A stretch of 64,000 nucleotides of DNA from Marsupella aquatica (Eukaryota > Plantae > Marchantiophyta). The translations under genes and the position numbers were made by a program. Position 1 is the stretch's first letter. Every line of letters starts with the position of its first letter. Location of the stretch: positions 17,102,357 through 17,166,356 of the forward strand of contig OZ316892.1 of the NCBI GenBank assembly GCA_973895155.1, written 5' to 3'. The notes under the pieces are model-generated. The model was not told where the DNA came from. It did no database searches and saw only the letters and a program-made list of their open reading frames with translations. This document shows positions 53,101 through 64,000 of the stretch, piece after piece.

Positions 53101-56100
53101 CTCAAGTCGAATGACACTACTCATGCGTGTATCAAGCGTTGAGCATATACTTTGTCATTAATCAGACAAAAGTATACACTCAAGAAACAACCTAGGCGTG
53201 AAGCAAGGGTCGCTGAAGCAAAGCATAGGCGCCCACCTTGAGAATATGGAGAATAAAGTCCGTCGCTTCGATTGGGCTTTTCCCATCACTACCACGGACA
53301 GCAGCGATTGCTCCAGGTACAGCCTGTAAACATGCCATATTTCTTCAGACGTCCATAGCCTCAAAAATGAGTCAACGTAAACTACAGTAAATCTGCATCT
53401 ATAACGATATCTGGCAAAAGTGGTGGTCGGTAGAACTAAAGAGGCACCTGAAGAACCAAGTACTCTGCCAGATCATGAAAATCATTTGACCTGGAGGAAA
53501 ACAGAGCAATTTTAAACAGACTCAGGAACTTGGTCAGGAGACATTCTTGACAAAGGTTCAAAACATTTAATGAGTGTATAGTTCAGGAGGGCCCTGTTTG
53601 GCAGCCATAAAATCAAACTCGCATGAACTTACTCGCATGAACATACGTAGGAGCGCAAATAACAGTCGAATTCCGAAAAATCGGAGAAAGGCAAAAGGTT
53701 TGTAATAAATCTTACTTTGGAAGCCCAATCTCAGGATCACATCTGCAACTTTTATAGAATTTGATCAGATGTGAAAGTCCCACCCAGCTGTTGGCCTGTA
53801 AGAGTCAAGACCAGAATAAGAATCAGTGGAGAAAGAGTACGCACCATGCGGTTCCCTTGAGTATAAGGATTTAGAATAGAGTATGCACCCTGTAGGTTCC
53901 TTGAGTATCAGGATTTATAATAGCAGCCACCAATAGTAGAACTCGGAACAGAAACCTTTCCTCACCTCAGTTGCAGTGCTTGCAAGGGCAGAAGCTGCTT
54001 CAATCCTTACCCTACAGAAAACCTGTTTAAGGACATACCATCAAACAGAAGTCAGGAGTCCAGGCTAATCGATTCAACTGTCATATATGCTGTCACATAC
54101 AAAACAACTCAATAAATTAATGCGACAGCAAACAGCATCGCTTCCTGCACCAATTTTACCTTGGAGTCTACCAATGAATTATTCAGAGCAGTAGCAATGG
54201 CAAAAGAGGGCCGCGGAAGGGCGACCATGGCTGCAATGGCATGCAGTTGGCCAACTACATCTCTATCCTTCTCCAGCTGATTAATCTGATGGTCAAAACA
54301 GCAAGAAACTTATTGTCCCTGGTTTATTTCAGATACTCGTAACAGCTTTCGACCATCACATCACTCTCAATAGTTTATAGAGTTAATAATCATTGGAATC
54401 TTGCAGTCATTAAAGCTTGAATACAATCAAACCACCTAAAAAGTCAGCACATTTCTTTATGTCCACAGAGGAAGAAAAAAATCAATGACATAAAGAAGTG
54501 TTCACCAACGCAAACCGTGCGGAAAAGCTAACAGAGCTACAAAGTAGCATCTTAGACACTTACTGAGACTCAATGTAATGTACTTGCAAAGTCATCTACT
54601 CATACATTTGAGATAAGATCTACCCTTCCACTCAACAAGGGTCTACTAACAAACTAAAGATCATTCAAAATAGTGGAAACCTGGATATCATTGCTAGGAA
54701 GCAAATTCGAAGTCCAAAGAGGATGAGTCATTCCATACCCACATCTGCTCAGGTTGGTTTAAATGGATCTCGGCTATATACTCCATTTGAGGATCTGCTC
54801 GCAGCCATAGCAACGGAGATTCCAAACTGCCAGCATTCAACATTGTCTTCAATCAATGAACAAAGAGATGATTGGACTTAGCCTAATGCATAATACAGCC
54901 TAAAACAGGAGACAAGACTCAAACCAGAGGGACAGAACTTTCCATAACTACAGTCGCAACAGAAGGATCACCTAAGACGGACATCCGTAGCTCCAGCATC
55001 CATATTGTCGTCTGCTGCATCAGGTTTGCTTCCCCTTTTCGGTTTAGGTACACGTCGCCCAGCAAGTTTGGAATGGCATTGTATGTCCAGAAGTTGATAT
55101 GTTTCTCCCGCCATGGGCAGACTTGGGTGATCATACATACCATCCAATTCATGGATACGAATGCTCATCATCCCAGGCCATCCCAAGTCAGCCGTCACTG
55201 GTTTGCTCTCACTGAGATTGTCTGTTACAGCCCTCTCTGAAGAAGCTGTAGATTCACGATGAACAGCAAGTTCCACCATGTTCCGGCGCTTGCTATACAA
55301 AAATCCCATTCTGAGAAGCAAAGACAAAATACCCATGAGTGAGGTACACTGAAAATCAGTCGGCTTCACCGTAAAAGCTTAGAGCCAGTAGCGAAGGTAA
55401 AGTTCCAAAGACTTTGATAGCATCAGCAACACGTTGGCTAGGTCTTTGACTAAAAGCAGTGTTTAGCTTCAAAGCCCAGTTATGTTGACGCAACGCACAG
55501 GACCCAACCTTAGGCGTGGGCAGCCTGATGTCTCCACCCAACGAGGGAAGAACTCTTTCAAGTATGGACGCTCAAGGTTCCCAAGTTTGTTTGCAAAATG
55601 TCGGAACTGCATCCACATGGTTTCACACACTATTTTCAGTAGAGAACCATGCAACATAAGATTCCCCCTCCCCCAAACTAAGACATGTGTACATGTCTTG
55701 TGCAACCTGACATCCATTTTGTTTAGATTGTTAATAACGTCGATTTCTGAGGGCAACCGCCCGCATAAGAGGGAAAAGAAGTCGGGGATGAGGTACCTCT
55801 TTCGTGCTGAGGGTCCGCATCTGACGCACAGGATCCTGAGCCCTTAAAATGATTCGCTGCAAGATCTGCGAAAGTATCCGATTCAATGTCCCATCTTGAT
55901 CCATATTTATGCCGAAGTTTGACCTACGTAAAAGTCAATGATACAAGGTTCACTAGCTTCCATAATCAACGAACTGACAGAGATATCCATACAGAATCCA
56001 CGCGTCTCACCTTTTTAAATGGCTCTGGACCCATCTGCTTCTCCAGCATTTGAACCACGGCTGTCTGCACCACCTCCCCAAATAAATTACCAACTAGCGA

Positions 56101-59100
56101 CTAGAGTTCTGCCCAAGAACTACAATTGCCACATATGTGTTGTCCACACATTTCTTCCCGAGCACAAATGAAAGTCCGTGTAAATTCGACATCACTGACT
56201 CTAGATTTCATGAATCAACGAGGAAATGAGAAATCTACACAGATACTCTTAAACGCTCCTTCATGAGTTCACGACCGAATTATGGAATGCCAGCCAAACC
56301 GTTTGAAGTAATTTGGCGATTAATAGCAATGACTTGGAGGAAATCATTAAACTGTTACAAAATTTTACAAATTCTTACAGCTTTCCAAGCACGAATTTGG
56401 CCCAAAGCACCAAGTGATTCAGTCCCATACAAGTCAGCACCCCCCAAAGAGGGACTACTCAAAACGGGGGCTCCCTCCGCATCCACCATACACACAGCTT
56501 CATTTGCCTGCAAGATGACATCAACAATCACTGCATACTGAAGATGCGGCATGTTGTTCTTATTGGCCTAAACCAAGATTCGGATATACTCCAAAAGATG
56601 CATCACTAAAATTTCAAGTAAACCAAAGAGTTAAATCCGTAAAGACTAGTCAATTGCAAGCAGCTGGTTTCATGAATTCTGCAACTTGTGAAATATAATA
56701 CCTTGAAGCGTCGATACCGTGCTTCATTATTGCCGATGTAACGCTTCAAAAACTGATCACAAAGGAAGCCAGCTAGGCCCTCCAACAACCAGGCTGCCGC
56801 CAAAGACACAATTTACAGATAATGAAAGCCTCGAAATGAGCGGACCGCATTCTCTGGCAGAGATATTAAGACACCTAAATAAAAAGCCCAGATAAGGTTC
56901 TTACACGTGCTGCGATATAACCATGAGCAACATTGTAAGCATACTGTCAAAAGGCATGCTACCACCATATCTACGGGATGCTCTTGACAAACTCTCTGCA
57001 TACGAGATTTTTGTGCCAGTGAATTTTCTTGAAAGTTGACGGAAAGAGAGAGTACCATCGGCAGGAGTATCTGGAGTAATAAACACACCAAACCACTGCT
57101 GAGCCAACGCATGAGCAAGCTTTACTTGAGTAACAAAGGCCTACAACCAACAACGTCTCAATAGTTATTCCTCCGTTTCGCTTCAAAACTTTCGCGTTAA
57201 AGGTATGTTTCGAAATGAAACAAAACGAAAGACTTGCAAAAACCACCACTAACAAAAACTCCTTCAATCAGCCTGAGCAAAAACAATCCCATAGTAGATC
57301 CTTTTTGTGTGCCCTTGCTCTTGGAAAGCCATTGCATCTTTCGCAAAACGCAGACATAGCACTAACCAAAGTCGTAAGTACCTTGGAAAGAGACAAGAAC
57401 TAAGTTTAGATTAAGAATAGAGCCTTGGCATTGATCGGTCGCTGTCAAGGTTTACCTGATCTATGATACGTTCATCGACCAATAAATGTGAGCTTAGAGT
57501 AACCATAGAGGCACCAACAGACACCGAAGAAATGGTAGATTCAGAGTCAATGAACACTTGTTTGTAGCATCCGAACGGAAAAGGTGCCCCAAGATACTCC
57601 TCGTATGTACTACAAACAACCAAAGCATATCGACAGAGAAGGGTCAGCAAAGGCAATTAAAAACATCAACCACCTCAACAGCAACCTCGGCTTGCCAGTA
57701 AGAATCCCAGAATTCAGCCAAGAAAGCCCCACCCAGATGTATTAACAAAGTTTCATCCTGAGGTACTGCTCCCAATATTTAGTGCAGACTTACGGACGCC
57801 AAGACTCAATCTTTTACGCATAACGTTGTAAACTATGAACATCCGGAGTGTTGAGCAAATCTAAAATGTTTAAGTCGTTGGTCTACTTGGCCGAACTGGC
57901 TCTTTGGAAGTCACTCTACTACATATCGATATCCTGTCATGACTTGCTCTCCTCACTTCAGCCATGAGCAGGATGAAAATAAGTAAAATTACGCTCCAGA
58001 ATTTGAAATTTAGACATTCAATTTGAAATAATGTTCCTTCAAGTACTGTAGGGTTCAACAAGAAAGTAAGATTGGAGCCGAAAAGACGTCCCAAGGACTG
58101 CTCGAGGCACTTGCCTGAAGAGCAAATGGAAGAAATTGACGGTACACTGCAGTCTTGACGCATCACCAGGCATGCACAAGTGTGATACCATCACATTCGA
58201 GCGATCGGGCAGAACCACCAGAGGTGCCACCACAAGTGAAATATAAGCTGTTGTAATCGGTATGCTCATGCTGTAAGCATAGATCTTCAGATGAGGACCT
58301 TCGGCACTGGAAACCTGAGGAAACCAATTAAGATTAAAGTTGCATAACGTGAACAACTCATATTGACCTGCCGGTATTCTCGAGGTGCATGAAGGTTTCG
58401 GTGGGCCTTTAGTCTGCTTCTACTGCTACCCGTTCGGCATGAGAAGATCGTCAAGCTAATGAGTTGAAGGCCGGCCACGGTCATCAGGAGACTAGAAACT
58501 AATCACCTCCCCTTCACAAGCTGCGCTCACCTGATACAGAAGTTTTCCATTGCTGACAGCAATATACTCGGATGCAACAGCAATTTCCAGAGAGAAGCTG
58601 CCAACAGGAACGTCTACATGAGACTCAGGACCAAAGTTTAAGTAATCCCGCATTACTTCTCAAAACATTCTAAAGCAGAGACAGGGAGCCCAGACCGGTC
58701 ACGACAGGTCAAAGAGGCCAATAGGCACAGGAAATAAAACCTAACAAGCAATCCAGACCCAGAACTCATAATCTCGTACAGAGCAAAATTGTTTCTAAAC
58801 TTCGTATGTCTACAATTTATAATTTACCTGCAGCGCTCAGATGTCGAGTCTACGCAGGGAAACCAGCACCGTGATCGCCGCAATTGATTATTGGTGTGGA
58901 AAACTTTATCTCTGAAATGGGCCCCTGCGATGGGCTTCTCCACCCAGTATTCCACCCGAACCACATTGCATTGCTGCAAACGGAGCTGCCTAGGATGAGG
59001 AATTTATGAATTGCAGGGATAGATACAAAAGAAGCTCAGGGGTGCATTTGTGGCTTAGCATTGCTGCCTTCGTCCCGAGAACAACAACCATGACTGAGAT

Positions 59101-59918
59101 CACACCTACCTCCTGCGTTGGAGCCGCCTCTGGCACCGCCGCAGGCTTTGTTTCGGCAGGAGTGGACGGCTGAACACCGTCATTGTCCTTCGCAGCATCC
59201 ACAACTGCTTGTAAAAACGAGGGAGGGTCCTGGCTAGCGTCTGTAGGCGTGGCAGCCTCCCCAGGCCGGATGAGCAGCTCAGGTGACATTTCCTGATCCA
59301 ATCCAGCAACGTAACGTAAGTAGCAGGCATCACCTGCGTCCGTTGAGGAGGTAAACGAATACCCTCCCCCATTCTGGACCTGCTCGCCCCGTTGCTGCTG
59401 CTGCACTAATTCAAACGTTGCGGGAACACCGTCCACCAAAACCTGCTCAATATGCAAGCCGCGCGCATGCAGCCCGATGACTCCATTTTTCGGTGCGACG
59501 ACAGTCAGCTCCGTATACCTAGACAAGGCAAGGCATCCCCAACGTTAAGCTTACTTCCATGATATTTGTAACACGGTGAAATTTCACTCACTAAAACCAA
59601 CATAGACATCGCCAGGCAAGGCATCGCCAACGCTAAGCTTACTCCATGATGTTTGTAACACGGTGAAATTTCGCTCACTAAAACCAGCACAGACATCACC
59701 AGAGAAGAAAAGAGATAACGAAGAAAAGTGAAATTGCTCGCTCGCTGCTCTGAAGAAGGAACTCACCCGTAGATGCGCTGATGAGCGATATCAACCGTGA
59801 TGCACAGTTTCTGGCTGCGCACTGTGGCGCAGCAGCTGTCATACGGGCGACTGCCGTCCGCTGAAGGCGTTGGCGCACGGCTGGCATCTTTCTGCTTCTG
59901 CCTGCGCTGCTTTGCCAT
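50124..59918 (-). CDS. TAF2: Transcription initiation factor TFIID subunit 2, about 25 exons (first 59918-59767, last 51372-50124)
   Basis: Motifs: [158 protein letters not shown]. The C-tail is Lys-rich. Confidence 0.97.
59525..59700. repeat. Tandem duplication of about 88 bp in TAF2 intron 1
   Basis: aggcaaggcatc.ccaacg.taagcttact...gtaacacggtgaaatttc.ctcactaaaacca.ca.agacatc occurs twice. Confidence 0.93.
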
Positions 59919-59975
59919 TACAATGTTCCATCACAGTCTCCTTCTTCTTTTCTTTAGCACTCCCTTAGACTCCAT
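59839..59975 (-). promoter_or_regulatory. Two linked uORFs in the TAF2 leader (59975-59931 and 59931-59839)
   Basis: uORF1 MESKGVLKKRRRRL* ends in TGATG. That ATG opens a 30-aa out-of-frame ORF overlapping the TAF2 ATG at 59918. Confidence 0.55.
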
Positions 59976-62283
59976 GTCACTTCCCTGCACTCTCCCTGAG
60001 TCCACTCCACTCTCTCGTCCTCCGCTCCTCGTTCACTTCCAAAATTCAGATGCACTGCGTCTCTCTCTTTCCCAGGTCTTACTCGAACGAAGCGCTCTCC
60101 AAAATTCTACCAAAATTCTCTTCTCGACGAATTCCTGCTTCTACCTATCTATCTAAATTCAACACACCTGCCCAATCTATCTCCAAATCGTCCTCCGCAC
60201 GAAAAATCCCGTATTAGCGACTCGTGAGGAGGAGCAATCAATCGATAAGTCTCCCCTCCACTGACTATTCAATTTCCAGATCTACTCTGACTACAGATTT
60301 GCTTATAAAACGTGCATTTGAAGGACGACGAGTGCAACCGGACAAGCGGCTGCTGCTGCAAATGACAGGACTATTCTCATTCACAATTGCGCCATCTACA
60401 GTATCTACAGGTTCTGTTGCCCTCTTCGTTGCCTTCGTTCTTGCGGTGGGAACTGAGAGGGAGGGACAGGGAGAAACCCTGCGAGCGAGAAGCGAAGTGA
60501 AGATCGTCAGGGATACCGAAACCCTTCGCGTGTTTGGTAATAAGAAACAAAAAACCCCGTCCAACGCCAACGCACTCCCCCCTGCCGTTTTCCTTTTGGG
60601 TCCCTCCCCTCGATCAGTCTCCCTCCTCTTACACTCGGCACACTCGCTAAGTGCACACTCCTCCTCGGACGAAGCCTGCGGTGTGCACTTAACTAAGGTT
60701 TGCACTGTGTTATAAGTGCAAATTTATATGGAAGAATAAAGTTGTCCGTAGAGTCCATATTATGGTAACGACTTTATTTAAAATTACTGGGCAAGTTAGT
60801 TTAATTCCGAACTTTAAGTACTCGGGGGTGAGAAAACTTAATGTAGTACTTGGGGGTGAGAAACAGTTCAAACCCCTTTTATGTCTCCCCAACAGTGTCG
60901 GGCCTTAATTTTTTTAAATGTCGGGCCTTTCTCACCGGGAGTTAGGCCCAGACCCAACATTTTCCTTAAGGTTGCCCCAGCCCCGACATTTTTCTTCCTT
61001 CTTTGCCCCAGGCCCAGCGTTTGCTCTGCATTGTTGCGAGCTGCTGGATTTTTTCTAAGACCCAATGTTTTCACCTCCATCGTTGCAAGCTGAGGCCCAA
61101 CCATTGCTGCAAGCTGCCTTTGGTCAAGCTGCTGTTGCTGAAGCTCCAATCCTCTGCTGCGAGCTCTTCTTGAGGTTGAGCAATTGATTCCAGAGATTGA
61201 GCAGCTTCCCAAGATTGCTAGGTGATAGAGTGACCTCTTGACTCACCTGCTGCTACAAGGGACTGGCCAAATACGGAATCTGGCCCTGGTTTTGGCCCCT
61301 TTACATTACAGATAACTTTAATAACTTCTTCTTCTTCTTTTCCATAAGGGAAGGGAGGCAACAAAAGCTAGGTAGTTATAACATTTGAACCTAAGATTAT
61401 GAGTCTCTAAGTAAATGAACTATCACACATCCATGCCTACCTTGGCTGTAAGAACACTTTTAAGTACTTTTTCAATAAAGATGTTCTAGTTGACAGTATT
61501 GTCACAAGTTTTGGATATGGACTAAAAGTTCACCAAAGTAACTAACTAACTATATACAAAAAATTAATATATTTGTAAATACAATAAAAACAGTGACAAT
61601 ATTATAAATATAATATCTTTAGTGGTAGTATACTTAAAAGTTGGAGGGAAGAAGGGTATCTACTCCATTCACTATCCTGTGCCCCAAAAGTTATAGCCGG
61701 ATAATAGTTACTCACAAAAACAATAACCATAGGTTCACTGTGTATAACCATGTGTCTGGGATGTAAAAAAATGCTTCCAGGTCCCGTGGTTTTGCTATAC
61801 TTGGAATTGCATTTATTGACAGGGTGTACGGTTTAGATTTCTTTGTATAACGTGCAATTATGAGGCACATGGGGATGCTTCCATGGTGTGCTGCAGATGG
61901 CAGGTTGAGCTCCGCTAACTGATCACCCACAATAGGGACTCAAACATGTCACATATACATTGTAAATGCTATAGAGTACCCACAATGAAGACTCATCAGC
62001 TAGAGGGACTTGACATGCAATGGGTCCTCTACTACTCTGGCGACTCCTTCCTAAATTGTCCATCCCTGCCCTAAACTTGATTCCCTACCTCATAAGTGCA
62101 ACTTTTACTGTACATAAGAATGGTATGCACTTATCCATAGTGTAAGTCAAAGGATTTATAAGCTTGCCCATAAGAGTTCATAAACCCTTAGTGAAAGTTT
62201 GAACTTATACAATTGTCAGTTAGTGCTACAAAAAATGCAAAGTGGTCAGGGAAAAGGGAAGAACAACATGCCTTGGAATCAGC

Positions 62284-62433
62284 ATTTTTTTAGTGGCAAA
62301 AATTTGTCAAATTTCACCTTCCCAAAAAGCTCTAGCCACATTTGGCAAATATTAGCTAGTATGTTCTGGTCTCATTAGCCAGAATCTATCGGTCAGGAAA
62401 ATAATTAGATAAGGAATATTTTGAGCATCTTCT
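62284..62433 (+). repeat. Short dispersed (MITE-like) repeat, homologous to 43939-44143
   Basis: The same colinear blocks as the other copy are present. Confidence 0.65.
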
Positions 62434-64000
62434 CCTTCACACACCAGACATTGGCATTGGCTACTCTGGCCAAAAAGTAACTTAAAAAATAAGCTTCTTG
62501 GAATCATCCAGTGTTGCACTCATGGAGTGTGCACTTAGAGGGAGCTGACAGTAGGGACCTACATATTAGGGGGAGTCAAACCCTACACTCTGCACAAATG
62601 AAGCCTCCATTTAGTACTTGCTAACAACACGATAAGCATTTGGTTTGACTTAAGATTAAACATGGTGAAAAAACAGCAACCATTGCTCCACTTGAGGAGC
62701 TCATATCTTTCTCAAATCTGATGGGAATGAAGCAAAATTTGACTTGTTAGAAACGTTGTGAAATCATCTTTCCAACAACCTATGGTGGAACTTCTACAGG
62801 TGAACATTCACTGAGAAATATGACCTGGCAAGAGCAAGCTACATGGAACTTTTTCTGTGGACTAGGATCGACTGCTGCGGTCACTTGTCACCGGTAGAGA
62901 CCATGAGTGGTCCAGTGGGCCATAGATCAAAACCACTAACCCAGATTGACCAAGGAGGAAGGAATATTCTTTGAGACTTGGGAAGTAATACGGAGTCACT
63001 AGGGCCACAAAAATAGATGGATTTTTGGCAAAGCTGCAGGTCCATCCAGGCCAGGGTACTTTGAAGTGATCAGGGCATTCGTGCAAAAGCAAATACATTA
63101 GATATATACCTTCTTTTCTTCATAGAATTTTCCAATTTACACTAACAGATTTTTTCAATGACCATCAGATCTTGACAGATTCAATGCAATGCCTGCACGG
63201 GATATAGAAAATACAAAAGAGATGTTCATTCAGTCACGGACCTGGTGGTTGAAGATAAGCCTTTCCCAAAATTGAACTTCCAGCTGCCCCAGAACATTGA
63301 CGAGCTGCCCGGCTGGACCTTTACAACTCGCGTGGACGACATTAATTAAAACAGTTCACGATACTCAGACAAGTTCATTGGAGTCCTTAGTTTAAACTTC
63401 CGGGAATCAACTTCAATCCTCTATTCAAGGTGTTCACCAAAATAAGATGCTGTTTGCTACTTAGAAGACCTTCTGACAAGAAGGAATTAGGATCTTTTCA
63501 ATCTTTCTCAACAATGTGCACCGTAGGAATGACCCTAAACCTGGTAACCTTTCTCCCTTGTTGCACAATTGCAACCAAGCCACTCTCTCGCACACTTAAA
63601 GGGCCAATAGAAGGATCCTCGACCATCGTGCCTTCCAACAGCTTCGCACTACTAGAATCTGAAGCTTCGTCAAGAGAATCGCTATCCTACACATCTACCC
63701 AACCCTACACATCTACCCAACCTACTTTCAAGTGAAGCAAACATCTGCTACCACCACAGTTTTTGCGAGAAGCCGAGCCATCACAGATTTGCAGACAAAG
63801 GAAATAAATTCTTGTACATAATATATAGGGTCCATTTACATAACCATCGCTTAACTATCGGAAAAACGCTCGAATGAGAAATAAGCAAAGCATTGGTAGC
63901 TCTCAGGAACTTATCCAACGTCCACCTCTTCAAAATTGTTGTTATTCCAGATAGAACAAGTTAGCTCGAAATTTCACCGCCGACAAAATTGTTCACCATG

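Overview
This is eukaryotic land-plant nuclear DNA. The GT-AG introns are short and the gene content looks bryophyte-like, but the taxon is an inference. Five protein genes can be assembled by hand: an intronless RKF3-like receptor kinase with a Cys-rich SPARK-type ectodomain (+), KRR1 (+, 12 exons), a QWRF/AUGMIN8-family gene (-), an ExoIII-family AP endonuclease (+) and TAF2 (-, about 25 exons). Between them lie a decayed RLE/CRE-like retroelement, a non-autonomous MULE with a 9-bp TSD, a decayed L1 LINE with a 17-bp TSD, a long inverted repeat and many local duplications. The most striking observation is a diverged partial copy of KRR1 (exons 1-6). It has no stops or frameshifts, keeps all splice sites, and sits directly upstream of the kinase. 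The kinase ORF itself begins with a second copy of the KRR1 intron-4 acceptor and exon 5, in splice phase, which predicts a KRR1(KH)-receptor-kinase chimeric gene of about 987 aa. All coordinates were read by eye and no database searches were run.
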